Source: Gammaproteobacteria bacterium (GTDB lineage: Bacteria; Pseudomonadota; Gammaproteobacteria; JAHELT01). Taken from it: a stretch of 55,464 bases of DNA. Shown here piece after piece: positions 18,385 through 27,885 of the stretch. A program made the translations under genes and the position numbers. Numbering within the stretch: position 1 is the first letter of the stretch; every line of letters starts with the position of its first letter. Below the pieces are notes generated by a model. The model had not been told where the DNA came from, made no database searches, and saw only the letters and a program-made list of their open reading frames with translations. The stretch lies in assembly GCA_029861595.1 (NCBI GenBank), contig JAOTYY010000001.1, positions 1-55,464 of the forward strand, written 5' to 3'.

Positions 18385-18840
18385 ATGACAGCACGAACGC
18401 CTAACGCCGAAGATCACGGCCAGCTGGAAGCCAGGGACTCGCGTTTCGTGGACATAGCGAGCCTGCCGTGGGAAGACACTAAATTTCCGGGCGTCAAGGC
18501 CAAGACTCTGCTCGTCGACGATGCCACCGGTTTGCTCACAGTGTTGCTGAAGATGGAACCGGGCGCGACGCTGCCAGATCACGAGCACGTGCTGATCGAG
18601 CAAACCTATGTGCTCGAAGGCGAACTGGTCGATCCCGACGGCGTGTGCACGGCAGGAAATTACGTCTGGCGACCGGCCGGCAGCCGGCACGCGGCCCAGA
18701 CACCGGACGGCGGACTTATGCTCTCAATGTTTCAGGCACCTAACAAGTTCTTCGAGCGGGACGGAGCCGTGAACGACATGCTGGGCCGGGACTGGGACGA
18801 GCACTGGAGCGCTGCCAGCAACCTGCAGGCGCAGCGTTGA
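18385..18840 (+). CDS. Cupin domain protein (ChrR-like cupin)
   Basis: 151 aa. MEPGATLPDHEHVLIEQTYVLEGEL ... WRPAGSRHAA is a cupin two-motif pattern. GGGGGAA lies upstream of the ATG. Confidence 0.75.
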   Translation: MTARTPNAEDHGQLEARDSRFVDIASLPWEDTKFPGVKAKTLLVDDATGLLTVLLKMEPGATLPDHEHVLIEQTYVLEGELVDPDGVCTAGNYVWRPAGSRHAAQTPDGGLMLSMFQAPNKFFERDGAVNDMLGRDWDEHWSAASNLQAQR

Positions 18841-19036
18841 ACTGACCGCTCACCTGCGGCCAGGCAGGCAGCGCGATCCGGAAGCCAGAGTCTAAACGTC
18901 TACCGCAGGGTGCAGCGAGCCGCAAAGCCGAAGCCAGCCGCACCCGAACGCAATCGCACTTCAAGCATCGCGGCCATAACACCTCGGCTCCCGCTACACT
19001 CGCGTCCGACGCCCACGATCTGGAAACCCTCACACG

Positions 19037-21844
19037 ATGTCATCCAAGGCCGACCGCAATCTGCGAGCACGCGTAAAGCTGCTGGGTACACTGCTTGGCG
19101 AGGTAGTACGTGAACAGGAAAGCGGTCGCGTTTTGAGCGCAGTAGAGGCGCTGCGCAAAGGATTCATCGCGTTGCGAAAACAGGAAAATCCACCGCGCAG
19201 GGTGCGCCTGATGCGGCTCATCGAGCGGCTGGATGCACCGACGCTGAAACACGTCGTACGCTGCTTCAATGCTTATTTCAGTCTGGTCAACGTGGTCGAG
19301 GAGTTGCATCAGCACCGCCAGCGACGGGTACAGGTCAGCACCGGTAAGCCGCTGTGGTACGGCTCCTTCGACGATACCCTGCGGGAACTGCACGACAGCG
19401 GCGTGGACGCCGGAGGTTTGCAGAAACTGCTGGACCGGCTGGAGTTCGTGCCGGTGTTCACTGCGCACCCCACCGAGGCCAAACGGCGCACCATCATGGA
19501 GGCACTGAGGCGGATCTTTGTAACGGCAGGCGAACTGGACAACGGTCGCCTGAGTCCCTACCAGCGCGACGAGATAGTGGCCCGGTTGCGCGCCCACATC
19601 CAGATTCTGTGGAAGACCGACGAGGTACGGGTATTCCGCCCGACAGTGGAGGCGGAAATCAAGAACGGACTGTACTTCATGCGCGAGTCGGTGTTTACCG
19701 CCGTGCCGGAGGTGTACCGCAATCTGGAACGCGCAGTGCGCCGCGTATACGGGGAGCAAGGCGGGACGCACGCTGTAAAAGTGCCGAGTTTCCTGCGCTT
19801 CGGATCGTGGATCGGCGGCGACCGCGATGGCAATCCGAATGTCACTCCGGAAGTCACGCGCGCGGCATTGCGCATGCAGAGCCGTGAAGTGCTTGGTGAA
19901 TACGTGCGCCGTGTCGAGCATTTGTCGAAAATCCTCACCCACTCGTTGGCGCTGGTGCAGCCTTCAGCGGCGTTTATGACCAGTCTGGAGCGCGACCGGC
20001 TGATCGCCCGCGAGGCTTACCGGCACGAGCCGACGGAGTACCTGCACGAGCCTTACCGCCGCAAGCTGGGCGTGATGCGCTACCGGTTGCGCTGCGGCCT
20101 GGAGCTTCTGGAACAGCATCTGGCCGGCTACCGGGACGGCGCCACTGGCCATGCGTACCCGTCCGAGCGGGCGTTTCTCGGCGACGTGGAGGCCATACAG
20201 GAATCGCTGCGCAGCCATGGCGACGGGAACATCGCTGCAGGCAGCCTCAAGGAATTGCGCCGCCTGGTGGAGACCTTCGGCTTTTTCCTGGCCAAGCTGG
20301 ACGTGCGCCAGGAATCGTCGGTGCACGGCGCGGCAGTCGCTGAAATCCTGCGCGTGGCGGAGCTGAGCGACGACTACGCAGAACTCGACGAAACCGGCAA
20401 GACCACGTCGCTGAGCGCACTGCTGGAACGCGTGGCGACCCTGCCAGTAGACGAACATGCGTTATCGGCAGCGACTCGGGAAGTGCTGGAAGTGTTTCAC
20501 ACGATCGCCGAGATGCGCCGCGAGATAAGCCCCCGCGCATTCGGCAGCTACGTCATCTCGATGGCGCACAGTGCCAGCGATGTGCTCGAGGTACTGCTGC
20601 TTGCCGGCCTGGCCGGCCTGCTCGGACGCCGCGAGGACGGGCAGTGGTTCTGCCGGATCCGCGTGGCACCGTTGTTCGAAACGATCGAGGATCTCGGCCG
20701 GGCCGAGTCGGTGCTGCAGCAGTTGCTCGGCGACCCGCGCTACCGCCAGTTGCTGAGCGCCACGGGAGACCTCCAGGAAGTCATGCTCGGCTATTCCGAC
20801 TCCTGCAAAGACGGCGGCATCCTCGCGTCGGGTTGGGGCCTATACCAGGCGCAGAAACGTATCAGCGCGGTGGTTGCCTCGGCCGGCGCCCAATGCCGCC
20901 TGTTTCACGGGCGTGGAGGCAGCCTGGGCCGCGGCGGCGGGCCGACGCACGATTCGATCCTGGCGCAACCGCCCGGCACGGTGCAGGGGCGTATCAAGTT
21001 CACTGAACAGGGCGAAGTGCTGTCGTTCAAATACAGCAATCCGGAAACCGCCGTCTACGAGTTGACCATGGGCGTCACCGGGCTGATGAAATCCAGCCTT
21101 GGTCTGCTCGACCCGGTCGCCAGCGACCGGTCCGAGTTCATCGAGGTGATGAACGATATCGCCGGGTCCGGCGAGCAGGCCTACCGCGATCTCACCGACC
21201 GCCGGACGGAACTCCTGGATTTGTTCTACGAAGGCACGCCGGTACGCGAGATCGGTCTGCTGAACATCGGCTCGCGACCCAGTCATCGCCGGCGCGGCGA
21301 TCGCTCCAAAGACTCGGTGCGGGCTATCCCCTGGGTGTTCGGCTGGGCCCAGGCGCGGTATACGCTGCCGGCCTGGTACGGGATCGGCAGCGGTCTGCAA
21401 AGCTGGCACGGCGGCGATCCGGTTCGCTTGGAGATACTACGGCGCATGTACCGTGAGTGGCCGTTCTTCCGCGCGCTGCTAGGCAACAGCCAGATGGCAT
21501 TGTTCAAGGCGCGCATGGACATAGCGCGAGAGTACAGCGAACTGTGTAGCGACTCCGCGTCGGCCGACCAGGTTCAGCGAATCATCGAAACCGAGCACGC
21601 GCTCACGGTGGAGAATCTTCTCGACGTGGCGCATGTCGAAACACTGCTTGGCGAGAACCCGGGCCTGGCGCTGACCCTGTCGCGCCGCGATCCTTACCTC
21701 GACCCCATCAATCACTTGCAGATCATCCTGCTGCGCCGTCATCGTCGTGAAACGCAAGCAACCGGCGAACCAGGAAGTCAGTGGATGGACCCCTTGCTGC
21801 GCTCGATCAACGCGCTGGCCGCCGGTCTGCGAAATACTGGTTAG
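19037..21844 (+). CDS. ppc: Phosphoenolpyruvate carboxylase
   Basis: 935 aa with VFTAHPTEAKRRT, GYSDSCKDGG, FHGRGGSLGRGGGP and the C-terminal LRNTG, all PEPC hallmarks. Confidence 0.95.
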   Translation: MSSKADRNLRARVKLLGTLLGEVVREQESGRVLSAVEALRKGFIALRKQENPPRRVRLMRLIERLDAPTLKHVVRCFNAYFSLVNVVEELHQHRQRRVQVSTGKPLWYGSFDDTLRELHDSGVDAGGLQKLLDRLEFVPVFTAHPTEAKRRTIMEALRRIFVTAGELDNGRLSPYQRDEIVARLRAHIQILWKTDEVRVFRPTVEAEIKNGLYFMRESVFTAVPEVYRNLERAVRRVYGEQGGTHAVKVPSFLRFGSWIGGDRDGNPNVTPEVTRAALRMQSREVLGEYVRRVEHLSKILTHSLALVQPSAAFMTSLERDRLIAREAYRHEPTEYLHEPYRRKLGVMRYRLRCGLELLEQHLAGYRDGATGHAYPSERAFLGDVEAIQESLRSHGDGNIAAGSLKELRRLVETFGFFLAKLDVRQESSVHGAAVAEILRVAELSDDYAELDETGKTTSLSALLERVATLPVDEHALSAATREVLEVFHTIAEMRREISPRAFGSYVISMAHSASDVLEVLLLAGLAGLLGRREDGQWFCRIRVAPLFETIEDLGRAESVLQQLLGDPRYRQLLSATGDLQEVMLGYSDSCKDGGILASGWGLYQAQKRISAVVASAGAQCRLFHGRGGSLGRGGGPTHDSILAQPPGTVQGRIKFTEQGEVLSFKYSNPETAVYELTMGVTGLMKSSLGLLDPVASDRSEFIEVMNDIAGSGEQAYRDLTDRRTELLDLFYEGTPVREIGLLNIGSRPSHRRRGDRSKDSVRAIPWVFGWAQARYTLPAWYGIGSGLQSWHGGDPVRLEILRRMYREWPFFRALLGNSQMALFKARMDIAREYSELCSDSASADQVQRIIETEHALTVENLLDVAHVETLLGENPGLALTLSRRDPYLDPINHLQIILLRRHRRETQATGEPGSQWMDPLLRSINALAAGLRNTG

Positions 21845-21896
21845 GTTTCGCTATTCTGACAAATCGCCCTCGCACGGCAAAGATCGGGAAATCGCT

Positions 21897-23018
21897 ATGA
21901 AAGCACGACTGATTGCACTGCTGAAAGAAGCAGGAATCACGGTGAACGGAGGCGAACCTTATGACGTGAAAGTACACGATGAGCGGCTCTATGCGCGCAT
22001 CGCCCGCCGCCATACCATTGCCGCGGGGGAGAGCTACGTGGATGGTTGGTGGGATTGCGATCGGTTGGACGAATTGTTCTACCGGGTCTTGGGCAAAGCC
22101 ATCGATCAGCGCCTCTACAGTCCGTGGTTCTTCTGGCGAATCATGGTTCATTCACTTTGTAACCAGCAGACACGATCAAAATCCAAAGCGGTTGCGAGCA
22201 CCCATTACAACCTGGGCAACGAACTGTATCAGGCAATGTTAGGCGAAAGCATGGCATACACGTGCGCTTACTGGGCGGAATCGGATTCCCTGGATGCGGC
22301 CCAGTTTGCCAAATATGACCTGGTTTGCCGAAAACTCGGACTCGAGGCAGGCGAAAAAGTCCTGGAAGTCGGCAGTGGATTCGGCGGCCTGGCCAAGTAC
22401 ATGGCCGAACACTATGGCTGCGAAGTTACAGCCATCAGTATCTCGGAGGAACCCGTCAAGTTTTCCAGAGTCTTGTGCAGCGGGTTACCCGTGCGGGTTC
22501 ATTTATGCGATTATCGTGACGTGCACCTCTACAACTCTGAGCGCATCAAATTCGACAAGGGAGTCAGTGTGGGGGTGTGCGAGCACGTGGGATACAAAAA
22601 CTACCGGACGCTGATGAAAATCGCGCGTCCTCAATTGCAGGACGATGGATTGTTTCTGTTGCACACCATCGGCAGTAACGAAAGCAAGAACTATACTGCG
22701 CCCTGGATCGACAAGTACATATTTCCACATGGCATGCTTCCTTCGCTGAAACAGCTTGGCGCCAGCATGGAGAATATGTTCGTGGTAGAAGATTTGCACA
22801 ATTTCGGTGCTGACTACGACAAGACTCTGATGGCCTGGCATCAGAACTTCGTCGATCAGTGGGATCAGTTTCGGGCACGCTATGGTGAGCGCTTCTACCG
22901 TATGTGGTGCTACTACCTGCTGTCCTGTGCAGGAGGATTCCGGGCTCGATCCATGCAATTGTGGGAGTTCGTGCTGTCGCCAAATGGTGTTCCTTACGGT
23001 TACAACACTATCCGCTAG
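21897..23018 (+). CDS. cfa: Cyclopropane-fatty-acyl-phospholipid synthase
   Basis: The track ORF starts at 21747 inside ppc. I use the ATG at 21897 (MKARLIALLKEAGITVNG). ESYVDGWWDCDRLDELF, HYNLGNELY and the SAM motif VLEVGSGFGGLAKYMA parallel E. coli Cfa. Confidence 0.9.
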   Translation: MKARLIALLKEAGITVNGGEPYDVKVHDERLYARIARRHTIAAGESYVDGWWDCDRLDELFYRVLGKAIDQRLYSPWFFWRIMVHSLCNQQTRSKSKAVASTHYNLGNELYQAMLGESMAYTCAYWAESDSLDAAQFAKYDLVCRKLGLEAGEKVLEVGSGFGGLAKYMAEHYGCEVTAISISEEPVKFSRVLCSGLPVRVHLCDYRDVHLYNSERIKFDKGVSVGVCEHVGYKNYRTLMKIARPQLQDDGLFLLHTIGSNESKNYTAPWIDKYIFPHGMLPSLKQLGASMENMFVVEDLHNFGADYDKTLMAWHQNFVDQWDQFRARYGERFYRMWCYYLLSCAGGFRARSMQLWEFVLSPNGVPYGYNTIR

Positions 23019-23301
23019 GTGATGTGTGCCAGGTATCGTAATCGTTTTATACTAGCTCTTGACTATCGCACGCGAGATGCGTTTCTTCTCCCTGACAATG
23101 TCAGATCAACGAGACGAGACGCCGATGTTGGCATAAAATCCATTACTAACAACGGTCGACGTATCGCCGCCATGTTCAAACGGAAGATCATTTCAGCCCG
23201 AGCTTTCACATGTCTCTGGCAGACTTCACGGATCGGCGTTTCCGCAGAGTTCAACTTCAGTTCGCAACGAAAATGACACGTTTATCTCGTTTACTTCGCA
23301 C

Positions 23302-24105
23302 ATGGTAAGCCAGGCATACGACCGGATTGCAGACTCCTACGACGAGGACTGGTGCGGGCTGTATGCCGAGTCGAGCCGGCGGGCCGTTGCGCAGATCGTG
23401 GCGGTGCTCACCGATGCGGCTGACCTCCACGTGGCCGATCTGGCAGTGGGCACCGGTAACACGCTCGATTCGCTGTACCACCGCCTGAGCCTGGGTACCG
23501 CTGCCGGTTTCGACGTCTCCACGGGCATGCTGGGAAAAGCCTGGGAAAAACTGCCTCGGCGCGCGCAGCTGATCCATGACAGTGCGGCGAACGCCGGGGA
23601 TTATCTTACCCCGGCGTCGCTGGACCTGGTGCTTTGTCATTTTCTGCTCCGTTACCTCGAGCCGCAGGTAGTATTGCCGACCGCCTATGCTTTGCTGAAA
23701 CCCGGCGGACACTTTTCGCTGGTGACCACTACTCAGCGCTCACTGATGGAAACCTATACGGGGCGCTTCGCGAAAACCGAACCGCTGCTCGGGGTTCGAA
23801 GACAGTTGGCGAAAGGCGGGAATCCGCTCGACCACGCGCAGGGAATGGAGATGCTCGAACGGTACGGATTCGAGATCGTCGCCGACCACCTCTACCGCGA
23901 AGTAGTCACCTTTCGCTCGTTCGATGACGTGCGGGCGTGGGCTTGCGAATCGGGCTGGGCCGTGGAAATCGTCGACGGGCGTATGAGCGTGCGCTTCGCG
24001 TTTCTCCGGGTCGCATTCGCACTCGCAGAAATATTCATGCGGCCACTCTATCCCGTGGATGCCACCAACGAGATTTCAATCGTGCTGGCACGTAAACCCT
24101 GTTAG
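23302..24105 (+). CDS. Class I SAM-dependent methyltransferase
   Basis: 267 aa with YDRIADSYDEDW and motif I VADLAVGTGNT, then LKPGGHFSLV (motif post-II). Confidence 0.8.
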   Translation: MVSQAYDRIADSYDEDWCGLYAESSRRAVAQIVAVLTDAADLHVADLAVGTGNTLDSLYHRLSLGTAAGFDVSTGMLGKAWEKLPRRAQLIHDSAANAGDYLTPASLDLVLCHFLLRYLEPQVVLPTAYALLKPGGHFSLVTTTQRSLMETYTGRFAKTEPLLGVRRQLAKGGNPLDHAQGMEMLERYGFEIVADHLYREVVTFRSFDDVRAWACESGWAVEIVDGRMSVRFAFLRVAFALAEIFMRPLYPVDATNEISIVLARKPC

Positions 24106-24176
24106 CGGGAACATTCCGACGCTCCTATACGCTTTCGCTTCACATACCCTTTCCACGCCAACTGAAGACGATCTGG

Positions 24177-24650
24177 TCAACCGCTGACGACGGTCTTCAG
24201 CATGTCCATCGTGGTGACTATCCCTACCAGTTTTTTCTCATTAGTGACCAGGAGACGGTGAATGTGCCCTTTCAGCATCATCTCCGCAGCTTCTTGTATG
24301 GAAGTATCCTGCGTCACCTCAAAAACCAGCGATGTCATGATGTCTCTAACGGTAGTGATTGATTCGGACTCAATTGCAAGCAACTCGAGATCTTCTCGAG
24401 AGATTCCCTGCACCAGCTTGCTGTGTTCGTAATAATCGTGACCTGAGCTTTCCCGGCTATCGGTTGCCGGTGCGGTATCGTTTCTCGCTAAATCGTTCAG
24501 TGATACTACACCCACGAGATTTTCATCCTCGTCAATCACCGGAGCGCCGGATATCTGTTTATCAAAAAAGAATTGTGACAAGGTTTCTGGCGACCAGTCG
24601 TCCCTTACACTGAGAACAGAGGTTGTCATGATGTCTTGTACGGTATCCAT
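24177..24650 (-). CDS. CBS domain pair protein
   Basis: 157 aa with two CBS-like units (IMTTSVLSV...GAPVIDEDENLVGVVSLNDL and IMTSLVFEV...RLLVTNEKKLVGIVTTMDML). Confidence 0.8.
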   Translation of the reverse strand: MDTVQDIMTTSVLSVRDDWSPETLSQFFFDKQISGAPVIDEDENLVGVVSLNDLARNDTAPATDSRESSGHDYYEHSKLVQGISREDLELLAIESESITTVRDIMTSLVFEVTQDTSIQEAAEMMLKGHIHRLLVTNEKKLVGIVTTMDMLKTVVSG

Positions 24651-24935
24651 CTTGTTGTCTTCTATCGAGTGTGCCTGTATAGGACTGAAGTATTACAAAT
24701 CCGGTTGTCATTACATCACCAATAACTGCAGTTTGATTGATGTGCGTCACAGACAAAAAGCGTTCCAAGTCGAGATGGCGTGCCGGCACCACGGAAGTTA
24801 TTTCGATCCCAATCGCGCGCGACCCGGACAGTTACGCTGTCGTGGCAGTTGCGTAATTTGCACACAAAATCGTACTGCCAACACCGAGTATCCCGCGGTT
24901 CGGATTCGCAGGCGAGGCTGTGCCGTTCACTTAGA

Positions 24936-24949
24936 TTGATCGTGATCAA
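24936..24949. promoter_or_regulatory. Perfect FNR/CRP-family box upstream of the succinate/fumarate oxidoreductase operon
   Basis: TTGATCGTGATCAA matches TTGAT-N4-ATCAA 10/10 and is centred 65 nt upstream of the ATG at 25008. TAGACT at 24972-24977 is at the position expected for a -10 if the box is centred at -41.5. Confidence 0.6.
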
Positions 24950-25007
24950 CAAAGTAGCGGAAAGTGCAGAATAGACTTGCCGCAATGTTTTCAACATCCG
25001 GGCTGCC

Positions 25008-25319
25008 ATGAGTCGGATAGTCAAGCACAGGTTACAACCCCCCAGGCAGGTGGCCGAGATCGAGCGACGCGGTTGCGCAGTGTGGGCAAAGCACAGTTTT
25101 CCGACGGAATTCGTGGCCAAATTCGATGATGACGCAATCCCGGTCGCGGGCATCCGGTTGTTGCGCACCTGGGGGATACAGGTCGACGACGAACGGGAGT
25201 TACCGGGCCACGAGCGCTCGTTCATCCCCGATGAGGAGAACTGGCAGGTCGTTCTGGTAGCCAAAGACGGCTCTCATTACGAAGTGAGTTCGGATTGCGT
25301 CGCCCCTGCGCCAGACTGA
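25008..25319 (+). CDS. Hypothetical 103-aa protein, first gene of the oxidoreductase operon
   Basis: Protein-like composition and G/C-rich third codon positions. The competing antisense ORF (24716..25264) is Ser/Arg/Cys-rich and looks like a shadow. Ends 4 nt before the flavoprotein ATG. I recognise no family. Confidence 0.5.
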   Translation: MSRIVKHRLQPPRQVAEIERRGCAVWAKHSFPTEFVAKFDDDAIPVAGIRLLRTWGIQVDDERELPGHERSFIPDEENWQVVLVAKDGSHYEVSSDCVAPAPD

Positions 25320-25323
25320 TCCG

Positions 25324-27042
25324 ATGGCTGAATACAGGACACACGATGTTCTGATTCTGGGCACCGGTCTCGCCGGATTGCGTGCGGCACTGGAGATCGC
25401 ACGCCGCCTGGGCGATGACGTCGACATCGGTCTCGTATCCAAGGTACAGCTCATGCGAGCGCACTCGGTATGCGCCGAGGGCGGCACCGCAGCGGTACTG
25501 CGCGTTGCGGAAGGTGACAGCCTGGATCTGCACGCCTGGGACACGGTCAAGGGTTCGGATTTTCTGGCCGACCAGGACGTCGTATACCGCTTTGTAGAGC
25601 AATCACCGGCCGAAATCCTGCAACTCGAGCATTGGGGAATCCCCTGGTCGCGTCGCGCGGACGGCAGAATTCTGCAGCGGGATTTCGGCGGGCACAACTT
25701 TCCCCGCGCGACCATGGCAGCAGATCGCACCGGGTTTTTCGAGATGCAGTGTCTCTACGACACATTGCAGAAATATCGCAATTTCACCCGCTACGACGAA
25801 GTGTTCGTTACTGCCATGCTGACGGTCGACGGGGGCTTTCGCGGCCTCACCGCCATCGACATGCCGAGAGGTCAATTTCTCGCCTTGCGCGCCAAAGCAT
25901 TACTCATTGCCACCGGCGGCGCGGGCACGCTGTACGGATTCACGACTTACTCGCGCTCCGTCAGCGGTGACGGCCTCGCAATGGCCTACCGCATCGGGCT
26001 GGCGCTCGAGGATATGGAGTTCATCCAGTTCCATCCGACGGGTCTGGAGCCCTCGGGGATCCTGATTACCGAAGGCTGCCGCGGCGAGGGCGGCTATCTG
26101 CGCAACGCCCAGCACGAGCGTTTCATGGAACGCTACGCCACCGAGAAAATGGAGCTGGCGCCGCGCGACATTATTTCCCGCGCCATGATGCGCGAGATCG
26201 AGGCAGGACGAGCTTTTCCGAGTGACAGCGGCCTGCCTTACTTGCACCTCGATCTTACCCATCTCGGCGCGGCACGGATCCATGAGCGATTGCCATTGAT
26301 TCGCGAGCTCAGTATGAAGTTTGTCGATATCGATCCGGTCGACACACCGATCCCGGTAAGGCCAGTGGCGCATTATTCGATGGGTGGTATCGAAACGGAT
26401 ATCAATGGTGCAACCAAAGCGCACGGCGTATGGGCCGCCGGTGAGGCCGCCTGCGTATCGCTGCACGGCGCCAATCGGCTCGGCACCAACTCGACGGCCG
26501 AGTGCCTGGTGTGGGGCGGCATCTGCGGCGCGGAGATCGTGGACTTTCTGAGTAGCGAGCCGCCGCTCGAACGCCTGCCGAACGAGCTGGTGGCACGAGA
26601 GGAACAACGCGTTTTCACCGAGCTGTTGGAAACGCACGGCACCGAAAATCCCTATGAATTAGGCCACGCACTACGTTTCTTGATGGATGAACACATGGGT
26701 GTGTACCGCTCACGGGATGGCCTGCTGCTCGCCAAGCACGAGGTCGAAGCGCTGCGCCAACGTTTCGCGCAGGTGAATGTCTCGGATAAGGGTCGCATCT
26801 ACAACGTGAACCTCGTCAATGTACTCGAGCTGGACAACCAGCTGGAACTCGCCGAAGTGGCAATCCGATCTGCGCTCCAGAGAGAGGAATCCAGAGGCGC
26901 GCATGCGCGAACGGATTTTCCCGAGCGCGACGATGGCGACTGGCTCAAGCACACACTGGCCATCCGCACCGCCGAAGGCATCAGTATCGAGTACAAGCCG
27001 GTTACCATCAGCCACTGGCAACCGGTGGAACGCAGGTATTGA
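25324..27042 (+). CDS. Succinate dehydrogenase / fumarate reductase flavoprotein subunit
   Basis: 572 aa with the FAD fold LILGTGLAGLRAAL, the His of the covalent-FAD context (RAHSVCAEGG), FHPTG, ITEGCRGEGGYL and RGAHARTDFPERDD. Confidence 0.93.
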   Translation: MAEYRTHDVLILGTGLAGLRAALEIARRLGDDVDIGLVSKVQLMRAHSVCAEGGTAAVLRVAEGDSLDLHAWDTVKGSDFLADQDVVYRFVEQSPAEILQLEHWGIPWSRRADGRILQRDFGGHNFPRATMAADRTGFFEMQCLYDTLQKYRNFTRYDEVFVTAMLTVDGGFRGLTAIDMPRGQFLALRAKALLIATGGAGTLYGFTTYSRSVSGDGLAMAYRIGLALEDMEFIQFHPTGLEPSGILITEGCRGEGGYLRNAQHERFMERYATEKMELAPRDIISRAMMREIEAGRAFPSDSGLPYLHLDLTHLGAARIHERLPLIRELSMKFVDIDPVDTPIPVRPVAHYSMGGIETDINGATKAHGVWAAGEAACVSLHGANRLGTNSTAECLVWGGICGAEIVDFLSSEPPLERLPNELVAREEQRVFTELLETHGTENPYELGHALRFLMDEHMGVYRSRDGLLLAKHEVEALRQRFAQVNVSDKGRIYNVNLVNVLELDNQLELAEVAIRSALQREESRGAHARTDFPERDDGDWLKHTLAIRTAEGISIEYKPVTISHWQPVERRY

Positions 27043-27051
27043 AGGTAGACG

Positions 27052-27492
27052 ATGAACGATCACCCTGCAGTTGAACAACGCCTGGGACTGGTGCGATGGC
27101 TGACCGGTCATCGGCACGGTATCGAAGGCTACCTGTATATCTGTCACCGCATCAGCGGTATCGTGTTGTTGCTTTTTCTCAGCCTGCACGTTCTTGTCAC
27201 CAGCTCACGATTGTTTGGCGAGGAAACCTGGCAGACTCTGATGTCGCTGACTCACTCACCGGCGCTGAAGTTTCTCGAGTACCTTGTATTCGTGGCCTTC
27301 GCCTTTCATGCGACCAACGGTGTACGCCTGATTCTTATCGAGCTTGGTTTTGCCGTAGGCAAAGCGGAGCACCCTGTTTATCCGTATCGGGGTTCGTTGC
27401 ACAAGCAGCGGCCACTGATGATCGTGTTGATGGTAGTTGCTGCGGTCTTGATCGTACTCGGCGGATTCGATGCACTGCGGTTGGGCAGGTAA
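27052..27492 (+). CDS. Succinate dehydrogenase/fumarate reductase membrane subunit, cytochrome b-like (SdhC-like)
   Basis: 146 aa, three TMs, with the HRISG motif and His residues in TM1 (SLHVL) and TM2 (FAFHATNGVR). Confidence 0.75.
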   Translation: MNDHPAVEQRLGLVRWLTGHRHGIEGYLYICHRISGIVLLLFLSLHVLVTSSRLFGEETWQTLMSLTHSPALKFLEYLVFVAFAFHATNGVRLILIELGFAVGKAEHPVYPYRGSLHKQRPLMIVLMVVAAVLIVLGGFDALRLGR

Positions 27493-27874
27493 CGTGACGG
27501 ATAACAAAATAAAGTACTGGGCGTTGAACGTATTTTGCGCACTCGTGTTAGCGGTACTGCTTGGTGCGCACATGGGCCTGATGCACCTGCCGGGATTGCT
27601 CGGGCAAATCAACCCGGCCTGGAAGGATCCGCTTGCATGGGCACACGTGAGCGAGCGCGGGCGCAGCGCAGCAATCACTGGAGGGTACGTGCTGTTGTTG
27701 GGCCTGGCCTTGTTCCACGGGCTTTACGGTGTGCATACGATGTTCACCGAATTCTTCAGCGGCGAGCGAGCTGCCCGGCGGATCGCGGCCGGCTGCTGGA
27801 TTGCGGGCATCGCTTTGTTCGTGATCGGTGCGTTTTCGTCCGTCATCTTCCATATTTCCGTGCCTCGCACGTAG
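27470..27874 (+). CDS. Second membrane anchor subunit (SdhD-like)
   Basis: Three TMs with His residues (GAHMGLMH, LFHGLYGVH). The track start at 27470 overlaps the previous gene. A GTG at 27494, 1 nt after the SdhC-like stop and preceded by GGGCAGG, is an equally good start. Confidence 0.7.
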   Translation: MHCGWAGNVTDNKIKYWALNVFCALVLAVLLGAHMGLMHLPGLLGQINPAWKDPLAWAHVSERGRSAAITGGYVLLLGLALFHGLYGVHTMFTEFFSGERAARRIAAGCWIAGIALFVIGAFSSVIFHISVPRT

Positions 27875-27885
27875 GAAGTCCGATC

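Noticed and set aside
27535-27885. N-terminal extensions offered by the ORF track (27535 for the Fe-S subunit; also 31788 for the membrane protein, 21747 for cfa, 11577 for the MacA-like gene, 40058 for rhlE, 42115 for the lyase)
   Set aside because: The extensions overlap neighbouring genes or intergenic DNA and have non-protein-like composition. Internal starts with RBS-like sequences give canonical N-termini.
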